64,000 bases of DNA from Octopus sinensis (taxonomy: Eukaryota). Numbering within the stretch: the stretch's first letter is position 1; each line of letters opens with the position of its first letter. Of this stretch, positions 1 through 13,090 are shown piece after piece. The stretch covers positions 151,900,001 through 151,964,000 of the forward strand of contig NC_043000.1 of assembly GCF_006345805.1 (NCBI RefSeq), given 5' to 3'. The notes below the pieces were generated by a model that saw only the letters and a list, made by a program, of their open reading frames with translations, had not been told where the DNA came from and searched no databases. Both the position numbers and the translations under genes were made by a program.

Positions 1-912
1 CACCTAAAGCTCCACGAGGCTCCGGCAGGGGATGGTGGTGATCCCTGCTGTACTCTTTCACCACAACTTTCTCTCACTCTTACTTCCTGTTTCTGTTGTA
101 CCTGTATTTCAAAGGGCCGGCCTTGTCACTCTCTGTGTCACGCTGAATATCCCCGAGAACTACGTTAAGGGTACACGTGTCTGTGGAGTGCACAGTCACT
201 TACACGTTAATTTCACGAGCAGGTTGTTCCGTTGATTCGGATCAACCGGAACCCTCGTCGTCGTAACCGACGGAGTGCTTCCATCCATCCAGTACTTCAT
301 TGTCACATTATTTTATTGACCTTGGAATTATGAAAGAAAAAACTGATCTCGGTGGGATTTCAGCTGAGAATGTAGAGTTGGAACAACTATCCCGAGGAAT
401 TGTTTTTCAACGATCTAATGATTTTGCCAGCTTGCCACTCCCTTTTTTTCTTTATAAATAATGGTTTCAAATTTTGCCACAAGGTCAACTGTTTCGGGAG
501 AATATATAAGTTAATTATATTGACCCCAGTAATCCACTGGTATTTAATTTATCAACCCTGAAAAGATGAAAGGCAAAGTCGACCTCGGCTGCTAAGCATT
601 TTGCCCGGTGTTCTAACGATTCTACCACCTTGCTACCTTTTTTCCCCAATAAATAATACAAAACGTTTTATTCACTTTCCCTTTATCAGAGACGATGAAT
701 TCTTGTATGTGGCTGGCTACGAATCACGCGCCACTGAAAAAGGCACCAAAAGGCCGAAATGAATCTGGTGCTCCCGCTGGCTGTTGCTGGAACGAATTTT
801 CTTCTCTGATATTTATCGTGTTTTTTAACACCACAAGTCCATAAAAGATGTTATCTCTGGATAAATTGCAGTAACTGGCCTAACGATAATGCACACACAC
901 ACACATACACAC

Positions 913-1000
<88 letters not shown>
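913..1000. repeat. (AGAT)n microsatellite
   Basis: Direct reading. Confidence 0.98.
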
Positions 1001-1002
<2 letters not shown>

Positions 1003-1351
1003 GTAGATAGATGGTCGATTTAAATCTACTACTTTTGTTGGTCCATCAACGTAGAACATTGCAACTGGTTTTAAGGATTGTCTCCGACTTTTAATTTGCT
1101 TGAAATGATTTTTAAAAATAAATATATAGGGAGGAACGAATGAATAAAATCATCAAATTTTCGTTTCGATATTTTAGCACCTGTTTCCATGGGGGAAAAG
1201 GCTTATATGATTTATATGGTTTATAAAAAAAAATTATTGAAAAAAGCATGAGCGTCAATGAAATTACATTTCAGGTTACTAAGTTTACAGCATTTCTCTC
1301 TTGTTGACAAATATAGAAATTCGACTATAATAAATGTCATTAAAAAGATTA

Positions 1352-1751
1352 TCTTTATATATAAAAGTAAGGTTGTGTGCTGTCTGTCTCCTACGATTTA
1401 GATTCCTAACTACTCCCACATTTTGCGGTGCAGTTTAACCCAAACCGGGTATCTTATAGTCGTGATTTATATCAAGCCCTTCTGGGTATTAGCGCGCGTC
1501 TACGATGAGTCTACGATTTTAAAAAAAAATAACCATCAATTTTTCCCATTTTTAATGCATTTTTGGCATATATAAGGGAAGTAACTCTCTAAAAATGTAT
1601 TATTAAATCTCAGAACGTAAAAAGCTACAGTAACACCCCCCCCTTTGTGGTTAGCAGCCATATTGAGATGGCTGTTATACTTTACATCTCTAAAAATGCT
1701 TATATAGTTATTTCCCTTACAAACCCGAGCAACGCCGGGCGATACTGCTAG
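1352..1751 (+). mobile_element. Non-autonomous Helitron, family H1
   Basis: A|TC 5' end, CCCGAGCAACGCCGGG hairpin, CTAG|T 3' end, no TSD. Confidence 0.85.
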
Positions 1752-3862
1752 TTCTATATAAAAAAAAAATTACAGAACAGAAACAAAATCATTTGAAATA
1801 ATATCAGAAAGGACAATACAAAATAATAAATTAAATGTTATTTGGAATGTCTCGTGATTGTTAAATGAAATATGTTAACAATTGTTTTTCTCCGCATCGA
1901 AAAAATATTTTTGATAAAAGTGAGTTAAAAAAGATTTTTAGAATTTTTATAAACCAGCCTAAAATAATTTTAATACTTCCAAGCCTGTACGTTTCAATCA
2001 AACACATACTTAATCTTACACAACAATATTCCATTTTGATGTGCAACGAACCACAGTACTTTTCACTGTTGGCCATACATTCTTCGAATTTATTCCTTTA
2101 GGCTAGGTAATTAAAACTTTCTTCAGAAGACCACCCACAGATTATAGAATGTAACTGCGACGCCCTTCTCTGTCTGGGCCTACGTAAGGGATTATTTTTT
2201 GGAATAAAGCCTAGATTCCGCATTTTTATTTAGCTTGCTTTCTTCAAAATCAACGTAATGCCTTCTTTTCTAATCATTATCATTTTAAAGAGAATCTAAA
2301 TTTAGCAATATTTTAATATATATGTATTGTTGTCAAATAATTCATATTTCATTATCATTCCGCAAATTACTCTTTCAAATCCTATGAAGTTGTATTGTCT
2401 TTCTTTCTTTCTTCTTTTCTTTGTTTATCTTTCTTCCTTCCTTTCTGATTTTTATATAAGCCTTTTTATACAACACAGTTTGTCTTTCACTGATGTCACT
2501 TCCTTGTTCTTTGTTGTATCGGAAAGCAAAGACATCAAAACATTGCATTTCCTCTCCCATGTGAATTAATTCTTAATCATAAAAGAATCAATTATTTTGT
2601 AGTCTTTCGTCTTTTCGTCGATAAAATAAATCACTAGTCAAGTTTTGAGGTCGATTTACTCGATTAATCTGCTCCCCTCAAAATTGTGTCATTCTTTCTA
2701 AATCAGAATTCGTTATAAAAAAAAAAGTGATGGAATAGCAGAATCGTTAAAGTGTCGACCAGCTTCCTTCTGATATTTCTCCGATTCTACATGCTTTGGA
2801 TCCAAATTTTGCCAAAATCAACTTTGCCTTCCATTTTCTTAGAATGAATAAAGTAAAGTACCATGCAAGGACTGGGGTTCATGCTACCAACTAACCCCAT
2901 TCCCCAAAATTATTATCCTTCTGCATATATTAGAAACAATGATCTTTTTTTAATCATTGTTTAGTTATTTTACTATCAATTTTAAAGAGTAACCATTAAC
3001 TTGCTATCAACTCTGGGGTGACCTAACAGATAAAAAAAATCACAGTATTTTCATGGAAGAATGTTCTAGTTGGGGTGGGGAGTTGTGACTTGCTCCAGGT
3101 CCTGAAGAAAACTTGAATTAAACTCTCAATAGTTATTCAGTACTGTCACTATTTACTATTAGGATTACTAGACTGGGATACAAATAGTGATCCCGCTGCT
3201 ATTTTAGGATAGCACCGACATTTATCTTTTTCATTTGGATCACATGCTACTTTAAACTTTAATTTTGTAAGGATAGAATATCAATAAATTAACAACTAAG
3301 TAAATTAGGAACAGCCTAGAGGTAATCCTTATCTCTATTTTATAATTTACTCGCAAAATTATCATCTGGGGCTACTTTTCAATACCAGTCACACCTTTTC
3401 ATAAATTTAAACTAGCAATCCTACTGAATACATCATACATAACAGCCTCTTGCAGCTGATTTAACCTGTCCATTAAAGTTAGTATGCTTTGGTCACTGAC
3501 ACTATGCAAAACCAGTGACAGAGTATGAACTACCATACTAAAAGTATCTTAGTATTCAATCTAAAATAAAAGGCTTGTCGGAGAGAAACTAAACGTATTG
3601 ATAAGTATGGTGGAACAAGATTACAGTCTAATTCACTTTACTTATGCTGTTAATATATTCAGAATGATAAAGGTGTCATACATTCGATTTCCACGTCCCC
3701 TAAACTGGTCGCTTTTTTTACCTAAAATTCAATACTGCCAAAATATTTACGCGCGTGTCACATATAAAGATAATGCTTCAGCATGGCCTTCCCCATGATG
3801 GCTAAAACAAAGTGAAAATATATAAATATTCTAAAATATTAACGTTAAACATACACAATGTA

Positions 3863-4256
3863 GGCGTAGGAGTGACTGTGTGGTAAGTAGCTTGTTTACC
3901 AACCACATGGTTCCGGGTTCAGTCCCACTGAGTGGCACCTTGGGCAAGTGTCTTCTGCTATAGCCCCGGGCCGACCAAAGCCCTGTGAGTGGATTTGGTA
4001 GACGGAAACTGAAAGAAGCCCGTCGTATATATGTATATATATATGAGTGTGTGTGTGTCTGTGTTTGTCCCCCTAGCATTGCTTGACAACCGATGCTGGT
4101 GTGTTTATGTCCCCGTTACTTAGCGGTTCGGCAAAACAGACCAATAGAATAAGTACTGGGCTTACAAAAGAATAAATCCCGGGATCGAGTTGCTCGATTA
4201 AAGGCGGTGCTCCAGCATGGCCGCAGTCAAATGACTGAAACGAGTAAAAGAGTAAA
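3863..4256 (+). mobile_element. SINE family A (tRNA-like head, internal (TA)n(TG)n, CR1-like tail)
   Basis: A-box-like TGACTGTGTGG (family consensus TGGCTGTGTGG), B box GGTTCAGTCCC, tail CAGTCAAATGACTGAAAC-GAGTAAAAGAG. Confidence 0.9.
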
Positions 4257-4466
4257 TGCTATAGATGTAGAAACTACCACCGTTTGAGGCGTCTCCGGTA
4301 CATGTTTTATTGACGGCTTAGTTTAAAACAATGACACCCGGGACGGAACTTTGGACTCAGAACACAAACAGACATATCAAAATATCTCAGGCTATATAAA
4401 TCATCATTCTACCATTTCTGTCACACACTGCCCTTCAAATTTGCTAGCAAATTAAAATAGCTATAA

Positions 4467-4861
4467 TCTTTATATATAAAAGTCAAGTTGTGTGTCTGTC
4501 TCCTACGATTTAGATTCCTAACTACTCCCACATTTTGCGGTGCAGTTTAACCAAAACCGGGTATCTTATAGTCGTGATTCATATCGAGCCCTTCTGGGTA
4601 TTAGCGCGCGTCTACGATGAGTCTACGATTTTAAAAAAAATTACCATCATTTTTTCCATTTTAATGCATTTTTTCGCTATTATATAAGGGAAGTAACTCT
4701 CTAAAAATGTCTACGATGAGTCTACGATTTTAAAAAAAAATTACCATCATTTTTTTTCCATTTTTAATGCATTTTTTCACTATTTTTAGCTATAACTCTC
4801 TAAAAATGCTTATATAGTTATTTCCCTTACAAACCCGAGCAACGCCGGGCGATACTGCTAG
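4467..4861 (+). mobile_element. Non-autonomous Helitron, family H1 (internal tandem duplication)
   Basis: Same termini and body as 1352-1751. Confidence 0.85.
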
Positions 4862-5907
4862 TAAGTAATAACGATAGTTGTCAAATAATAATTGCTACTC
4901 ATTTACTCATGTTCTTATTTGTAATAGTTATTACTTGTCCAGATTTTAGCAAGTCAGTCCTACATTTTGGTCGTTAAAGCTCTAACTAGGCAGCATTATT
5001 CCAAATTATAAATATGCTTTTCGGTTGTTTTAGTAGCTAAAATGTTTTGCAGATGACTACATAGTATAAAAACTTGCTAATATGTTGATGCAACAACACC
5101 CTGCTATTTTTCTTGACTTTTTTTCACATTTTTTTTCTTAGGGAGTGTTACTCTGATTCAAAGGTCAAAAATTAAAATCCTATTTTTGTTATACTGTTAC
5201 ATTTATATACCACTATAATCACATGAGCCGTTTTGATTGAATCTACTTTGAACTGGCTTCTTTTCACCACAAGTTCTTGTTTACGTAGTCTGCTTCCGAG
5301 AAGCGTCCTGCGTAGTAGGTGACGTGTATTGGAGTTTACATTCAAAGCATTGCGTGTTTGAGAGACATCTGGCAGTCTTTCTAAAGAGGAACACCAGTTT
5401 ATTGCATGTTGTTGAACTAATCACAACAAAATAGTGAAACTACTCAGTAGTGAAGCAAAGACGAAGCAAAAAAAATTGATGCATTAATATGCCGTGAAGA
5501 GGAAAGAAAACTTTTAAATGGAGCAGAACCTTTTTCGAAAGTTAGTGTCCCTAATTGGTAGAGGTGTGCTGTACTTCAATGAAAGAGCTAAACGAAAAGT
5601 TAAACGTCTTTATTGGGTACACGGTGTTGGACAGAATACCAAATAGGGGAAGTATGCCTTATTCAAATTTTACTAATCTGCCATCACTGGTACTTTGTTT
5701 TCTAGCGTATGTATAGTATATTCATAGATATGAATATCCATTTTCGATGCAACAGTCAATTTATAAACTTACGGTTTCACTATTTATAAAACTATGTCAC
5801 AACTTTATTCTTATTTTGAGTACTTTCATATTAACTGTAGCTTTTATTTGTAATGTTATTTCACTTCATTTAATATCCATCTATGTTGCTAGCTATTTAT
5901 TCATATA

Positions 5908-6640
5908 AATCCTTAAATCCTTAAAAATGTTTCAGCCCGAAGGCCGCGGCCATGCTGGGGCACCACCGCTGAATGAGCCATACTAATATGTGAATCCACC
6001 TCTGATACGTGACACTTGGTCAACAAGGGAGCTCGATGCAGCTGCCCGCATCTGCGTCTCCTGTCGTGAGGTAGGTTCATCTGGGACCTCCGACAAGAAG
6101 AGATCCAGTTTAGTTTTAAAGAAATCCACACCCACACCATGCAGGTCTCTCAGGCATTTAGGGAGGATGTTGAAGAGCTGTGGTCCTCTGAAACCCAAGC
6201 TGTTGCAGTATCTGGTCCTGTATTTTGATGGTGATGCTGGAATCTTTGGCACCATGCAGTGGCGCCCCATTCTGCGGTTGGGGTAATTTTGAATGCCAAA
6301 GTTTGGGACAAGACCCTCTAGGATTTTCCAGATGTATATCATTGCATATCTCTCCCGCCTTCGCTCCAGGGAGAAGAGTTTTAATACTTTCAGTCTTTCC
6401 CAGTAGCTGATATGTTGCATTGGGACGATCTTCTTAGTGTAGCTTCGTTGAATTGCTTCGAGTTCTGCTGTTAGCTTTATATTGTGTGGTGACCATAGCT
6501 GGGAGCAGTTGTCCAAGCGGCTGAGGATGAATGTTTTCCAGAGGACCATCAGTGTCTCCTTCTCTCTTGTTCTGCATATATAACCAGCAAAATGCCATCA
6601 AATTTCCAGCATAAGACTTTGTCACTATCCAATATCCTTT
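5908..6640 (-). mobile_element. 5'-truncated CR1/L2-type LINE (RT C-terminus, 3' UTR, (AAGGATTT)n tail)
   Basis: ORF 5983..6549: LWKTFILSRLDNCSQLWSPH...LEAIQRSYTK...SYWERLKVLKLFSLERRRERY. 8-bp tandem tail at 5908-5923. Confidence 0.9.
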
Positions 6641-9373
6641 TTTCTTTTTTTTTGGGGGGGGGGGGGGGTACATGCCAATACAACACTAGCACATAGTACC
6701 ATTATCTTGACTTGTGCATAACATACCTAACAAAGTAAATTTTACCTTACAATAAAGAGATATACACTCCCCAGAATGATGACTGGAGAACTTTCAGGGG
6801 TGTGGTTTTTACAATAGAACGTAAAACAATGCTGAAGTACAAAGCAGCTTATGAAACCAGTTTTTGTATTGAAGTACAAAGACTAGTTTGATAAGTTGCT
6901 GGAAACTTTTCCGGAAATATCATTCTCGATGCACCGTCTCTTGTTTCAAATTAAGGAGACATCGCAAACATTGGTAAGTGAAACTCAGCCTAACTTTTAA
7001 AGATCTATAATTCAACTATGAAACGAACAGAAAGAATGTTTTTTCATTCTAAGTTACCTTTAGAACTCTTACCTTTTCGTCACCTCGACTCAGTATAAAT
7101 ATAACAACATTCAATGTTGATCAAGTCAAAATCAGGAACGATCTTTAGAACATTTTAATCCTATCATAATTTTCAATAATGTATGATGAGATATCCTTAC
7201 TCCTCGTCAAGTGTAATTTATACTTCATATTTCTTTGCAACAGATTAATGGAATCCAGTATTATCCCAACAAATATGAAATATAGCAAGGTGACTGTAAT
7301 TTTAACAGTTATCTTGCTTCCAAATTTAAGAAAAATCGCAGAAAAAATCGTTCTACAAATGTATATTTTATACGATCGCCAGTTTTGGCTTCAGGAAAAA
7401 TCGTCACGCTACTCTGATTCCTTGGTAAAATAACTGATGCAACTCGTTACTTAAATCCTAATTTACTTCTCTGATATTTTTAGACATAGCAAAGGACTTT
7501 TGATATTTTAAACTATCCAGTACTGAAATCATAATTACAACACTATGGTGTACTAAATATTTGGTTTGAAAGTTGTTTAGAGAATAGGAAGCAGAATCTA
7601 GAATTGTATAATTTTAGCTCTTCTGAAATTAATATAACACGAGGATGTTACTATGGTCTTCAGTACTCAGGTCACTTTATTCACAATTGACCATTAATTT
7701 AGATCTACATCCCTTAGACAACAATATACTTCAGTAAAAATGATCTTAAACACGTCGGATGGCGAGTCGCTGAAGAGGTCACAGGATGTGTGACGAAGGA
7801 TTTAAGACAAAGGACAGAAAATAAGAACAATAATAAAGCTGAAGTGAAGAAAGAATATGTATTGCGTGTGTTTATTTTGGCAAAAAAAATGACCGTCCCG
7901 AAATATAAATGGTGTTGAAATATTTTTTTTAAAATTAACTATGAGTTTTAATGGTTTAATTCTAACAAATTATCCTTAAATATGAAAGGAAATATCATTT
8001 ATTTGTCTCAAGTGCTACTGACAACACCGTTTGTTTGTTTTTTTTAATTTTAATTTATTTATTTTAATATCTACACGTCGGTAGCGGAGACTGTCTATGA
8101 CGTCTTATAGGAGTTCCGAGACTGAATGGAAGTATCCTCAAACCGGGGAGCTACTCGAATGCTTGCAACAGAGTAGACTTCACTAACGGTGCCAGGCAGA
8201 AGTGTTAAATTGGGTGACAGATTAAATCTACCGTCCAAACAAGCGAATGGGAAATCTGCACTGGGGACGCAAAGAGCGGGAACAATTAACCCAAAGCATC
8301 CGGATCGACCGTCATCGACCTCGAAAGGATGTAAAACAAAATTGAACTCGGCAAGATTTGAACTCAGAGCCCAAAGATTCGAAACGAATAACGCTAAATA
8401 TTTTTATCGGAGACTTTAATAACTCTTCCAAATGACCATGCCGAGTAAATGTAAAAACAGACAAAAATACCTGATACAGTGCATCATCCCATCTTGGATG
8501 GTATATTCTTTTATTCCTTAACTTGTTGGTGTCATTAGACTGCAGCCATCCTGAAGAAAATTTAGTCGAATAATTCGACCCCAGTACTTAATTTTTGTTA
8601 AGCCTATTACTTATTCTATCGGTCTCTTTTGCCGAAGCATTAATTTACGGGGACGTAAACACACCAACACCAGTTTGTCAAGCGGGAGGTTGGGCAGATA
8701 CGGACAAAAAGACACGCGCATACACACACACATACGACTGTTTCTGTCTTCAAGATCCACTCACTAGACTTTAGTCGACCAGAGGCTATAGTAGACGATA
8801 CTTACCCAAAGTGCCATGCAGTAGGACTGAACCTGAAACCTGGTAAGCAAGCTTTTTACCTCACAGCTACGTCTGCACCTATTTGTTAAAATTACATGGA
8901 CTCAACATATTAATCTAATAAACATAAAATGCAAAAACCTATCTTTGCAACAAAAAGTAATAACTGTTTTTTTGTCTTATAAGCACATTAATATTTCTGC
9001 ATTTCTTCCCTGTGTACCCACATCTAAATAATGGCATTCTAGCAAGGGGAACCGGATGCATGCTAGGACTTGAAACTGCACTTAAAAACTCCGGAAAATA
9101 GCAATTAAGATGATACACAAATAATATAATAGTCACACTAAAACTAATGATGAAGGAGTCTAGGGCTCTAGCTGTAAGGGATTTGTTCAATGTCAATGTC
9201 TCCTTGTTTATATAATTCATAAATAATAAATTACCAAAACATTACGAGACAATGTTTGACAAAGCAGCACACAGCAGACATATAGACCTATTAAACAACT
9301 CACACACATGTACATAGATACCTGTGTGTGTAAGTGTATGTGTACGCGCTGGTTTTATATATATATATATATA

Positions 9374-9762
9374 CTCTTTACTCTTTTACTCTTTTACTCT
9401 TTTACTTGTTTCAGTCATTTGACTGTGGCCATGCTGGAGCACCGCCTTTAGTCGAGCAAATCGACCCCTGGACTATTCATTATAAGCCTAGTACTTATTC
9501 TATCGGTTGTCAAGCGATGTTGGGGGGACAAACACAGATACACAAACATATACACAAACATACATACATATATATTTATATATATATACATACATATATG
9601 CGACGGGCTTCTTTCAGTTTCCGTCTACCAAATCCACTCACAAGGCTTTGGTCGGTCTGAGGCTATAGTAGAAGACACTTGCCCTAGGTGCCACGCAGTG
9701 GGACTGAACCCGGAACCATGTGGTTGGTAAGCAAGCTACTTACCACACAGCCACTGCTACAC
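9374..9762 (-). mobile_element. SINE family A
   Basis: Reverse complement of the family A consensus. Confidence 0.9.
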
Positions 9763-9765
9763 CTG

Positions 9766-9797
<32 letters not shown>

Positions 9798-9885
9798 GGG
9801 AGACTTCACGAAAAAAACAAAAGACGAAGACAGGTGGTGTGCAAAACAAACAGATGTGTTAGTATAACGCTCAGGAATTGAAAAA

Positions 9886-9927
9886 GTCTTTTACGTTTCG
9901 AGCCTACGCTCTTCTACAGAAAGGGAC
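9886..9927 (-). ncRNA. Minimal type I hammerhead-like motif with variant core CUGUAGA
   Basis: Minus strand: CTTT-CTGTAGA-A-GAGC-gtag-GCTC-GAAAC-GTA-AAAG, inside a 160-bp island flanked by (TA)n. Confidence 0.55.
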
Positions 9928-10103
9928 ACAGCAAAAAACAAGGAGAGAAAAATATATATATGTGCACACATGCATATGTTATGTATGTGTGTGTATGTGT
10001 GTATTCGTCCTGAGATGCTACCCCTTATGGACATACAGTATTAAATAACACAAATATATATCAATCGCAGACGAAAATTGGGTAGTCCCGGTAATGGTAT
10101 ACA

Positions 10104-10337
10104 TACCTATTTCTTTATTACCCACAAGGGGCTAAACACAGAGGGGACAAACAAGGACAGACATAGGTATTAAGTCAATTACATCGACCCCAGTGCATAA
10201 CTGGTACTTAATTTATCGACCACGAAAGGATGAAAGGCAAAGTTGACCTCGGCGGAATTTGAACTCACAACGTAACGCAGACGAAATACCACTAAGCATT
10301 TCGCCCGGCGTGCTAACGTTTCTGCCAGCTCGCCGCC
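10104..10337 (-). mobile_element. SINE family B (head GGCGGCGAGCTGGCAGAAACGTTAG)
   Basis: A-box-like TGGCAGAAACGTTAG, B box GAGTTCAAATTCC; near-identical to 38822-39050. Confidence 0.85.
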
Positions 10338-10938
10338 ATACATACCTACATACATACATACATACATGCATACATACATACATGCATACATACATACATA
10401 CATGCATGCATACATACATACATACATGCATACATACATACATGCATACATACATACATACATATATACATACATACATCATACATACATACATACATAC
10501 ATACATACATACATACATCATGCATACATACAATACATACATACATGCATGCATACATACATACATACATACATACATACATACATACATACATACATAC
10601 ATACATGCATGCATACATACATACATACATACATACATGCATACATACATACATACATGCATACATGCATACATACATACATACATACATGCATACATAC
10701 ATACATACATACATACATGCATACATACATACATACATACATACATACATGCATGCATGCATACATACATACATACATACATACATACATACATACATGC
10801 ATGCATACATACATACATACATACATACATACATGCATACATACATACATACATACATGCATGCATGCATACATACATACATACATACATACATACATAC
10901 ATACATACAACATACATACATACATACATACATACATA
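10338..10938. repeat. About 600-bp (CATA)n array with CATG variants
   Basis: Direct reading; source of the MYVC/HTYI pseudo-ORFs. Confidence 0.98.
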
Positions 10939-11065
10939 CAAGCAGTCAAGGAATCTTCCGATGCTAATCTTCTACAGAAAGACCTAGATGCTATATATGA
11001 ATTGGCTGATGAAAACAACATGCAATTTAATGCATGGAAATTCCAAGCCGTCCGCTATCGGCTAG
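10939..11065 (+). mobile_element. CR1-type RT fragment
   Basis: QAVKESSDANLLQKDLDAIYELADENNMQFNAWKFQAVRY resembles the region just after the YADD motif of CR1/Jockey-like RTs. Confidence 0.7.
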
Positions 11066-11126
11066 CATGTGCTAACCTGCTGCGGCAACGATAGGTTGTG
11101 CTAATTCTGATATATAACAACAGAGG

Positions 11127-11443
11127 GCGCGTGGTTTAGTGGTTAGGGCATTCGGCCCATGATCGTAAGGTTGTGAGTTCGATTCCCGGCGACGCGTTGT
11201 GTCCTTGAGCAAGACACTTTATTTCACGTTGCTCCAGTCCACTCAGCTGGCAAAAATGAGTTGTACTTGTATTTCAAAGGGTCAGCCTTGTCACTCTCTG
11301 TGTCTCGCTGATTATCCCCGAGAACTACGTTAAGGGTACACGTGTCTGTGGAATGCTCAGCCATTTGCACGTTAATTTCACGAGCAAGCTGTTCCGTTGA
11401 TCGTATATGCTGGGACCCTCGTCGTCGTAACCGGCGGAGTCTT
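11127..11443 (+). mobile_element. SINE family C (tRNA head, GTGTCCTTGAGCAAGACAC core, tail GTCGTAACCG)
   Basis: A box TGGTTTAGTGG, B box GAGTTCGATTCC. Partial relative at 95-285. Confidence 0.85.
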
Positions 11444-11813
11444 TTAATATAACAACAATTTCAGTTCACGCCAAAATTCTGCCACCTCCAGTACATACAT
11501 CAGCTTCTTTGGCAGTTCTTTATCGACATCATCCACATCTGTTCACTACAAACTAACAACTTCACATCTTTGTGCACCATAGCAATTTTTTTCACTATTT
11601 GCACTACCTCTGCAACACGTGCTCTGATTTTGACACCAAGTCAAAGCAAATAGCCACAAAAGACTTTATATGTTAACCATGTTAGCCAAATAACCAATTT
11701 ATTTTTATCTTTGCCGCTCGTATATAACTACGTCTTGCATTTAACTTACTTGAAGGGTTTGGTCGAACAAATTGGTCCCAGTACTTATATGTGTATGTGC
11801 CAGTAAATATATA

Positions 11814-12073
11814 GGCGCAGGAGTGGCTGTGTGGTAAGTAGTGGATTTGGTAGACGGAAACTGAAAGAAGCCAGTCGTATATATGTATATATATGTATAT
11901 ATGTATGTGTGTGTGTGTTTGGGTGCATTGCTTGACAACCGGTTCGGCAAAAGGGACCGATAGAATAAGTACTGGGCTTACAAAGAATAAGTCCCGGGGT
12001 CGATTTGCTCGACTAAAGGCGGTGCTCCTGCATGGCCGCAGTCAAATGACTGAAACAAGTAAAAGAGTAAAGA

Positions 12074-12074
<1 letters not shown>
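11814..12074 (+). mobile_element. SINE family A (internally deleted)
   Basis: Head and tail present, middle segments missing. Confidence 0.85.
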
Positions 12075-12108
<34 letters not shown>

Positions 12109-12247
12109 AGTGTCTACAACCTCAATATAATTGACAACTATAGACAATAAAAATTAAAATAACTACTTTTAACCATAGGCTGAAACAGCTGTAAGAAGTG
12201 ATTTTAATGATTTCAATAATTTATATTATGATCTTATATATATATTA

Positions 12248-12279
<32 letters not shown>

Positions 12280-12433
12280 GATATATATACACATACATAT
12301 ATATATATATATATGCATATATATACTATATATATATGTAATTATATATATATATCTATATATATATATATATAATATATAGTATATATGCATATATAGA
12401 TACACATATATATATATATATATCTATTATATA

Positions 12434-12472
<39 letters not shown>

Positions 12473-12480
12473 GTATAGGC

Positions 12481-12806
12481 TGGTACTCCGTCGGTTACGA
12501 CGACAAGGGTTCCATTGATCTGATCAACGGAAGAGCCTACTCGTGAAATTAACGAACATGTGGCTGAGCACTCCACAGATACGTCCACCCTTCACGTAGT
12601 TCTAAGGGAGATTCAGCGTGACACATAGTGGTGACAGGCTGGCCCTTTGAAGTACATGTCCCATCTCACTTTTACCCAGCTGAGTCGACTGGGGCAACGG
12701 AAATAGAGTGTGTTGGCTCGAGGACACAACGCGTCGTTGGGAATTGAACGCAGAACCTTACGATCGTAAGCCCGACACACCCTACCACTAAGAGCACGCC
12801 GCCCTT
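12481..12806 (-). mobile_element. SINE family C, inverted near-duplicate of 16010-16329
   Basis: Shares private variants with the 16010 copy (CCCTTAGAACTACGTGAAGGGTGG, GAGTAGGCTC, GGAGTACCA). Confidence 0.85.
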
Positions 12807-12850
12807 CACACACACACAAATTTATATATATATATATATATGTATGTATT

Positions 12851-12883
<33 letters not shown>

Positions 12884-12897
12884 TATATATATAATAC

Positions 12898-12931
<34 letters not shown>

Positions 12932-13024
12932 GTATATATATATATAGAAATTCGGGGTGAGTACTTGATAATTATAAGCACCTGTGTATACCGTTTGGTG
13001 GTGTAGGTGGTGGAGTAAATTGAT

Positions 13025-13090
13025 CAAAATAAAATAAAATAAAATAAAATAAAATAAAATAAAATAAAATAAAATAAAATAAAATAAAAT
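13025..13090. repeat. (AAAAT)n microsatellite
   Basis: Direct reading. Confidence 0.95.

Noticed and set aside
1-60. AGC-TCCACGAG-GCT plus hairpin resembling an HDV-like ribozyme
   Set aside because: P1/P2 cannot be assembled (window edge) and no catalytic J4/2 C motif follows the hairpin; lies within a SINE C variant.
3831-4079. Recurrent ORFs such as MLGGQTQTH...RRASFSFRLPNPLT
   Set aside because: Translations of SINE family A; multi-copy and frame-inconsistent.
6654-6668. Poly-G run at the CR1 5' truncation
   Set aside because: Single homopolymer at an insertion junction, unreliable in assemblies; no functional evidence.
7744-7807. CTGAAGA-GGTCACA...TGTGAC-GAAG hammerhead-like core
   Set aside because: GAAG instead of GAAA, and no stem I/III or UH site closes in type I or III topology.
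10179-11094. Long ORFs of MYVC/HTYI repeats (also 19495-20183 and 61809-62543)
   Set aside because: Translations of stop-free microsatellites; no coding signal.
11127-11200. tRNA-like A and B boxes in SINE heads
   Set aside because: No cloverleaf or acceptor stem; they continue into SINE bodies, so not tRNA genes.
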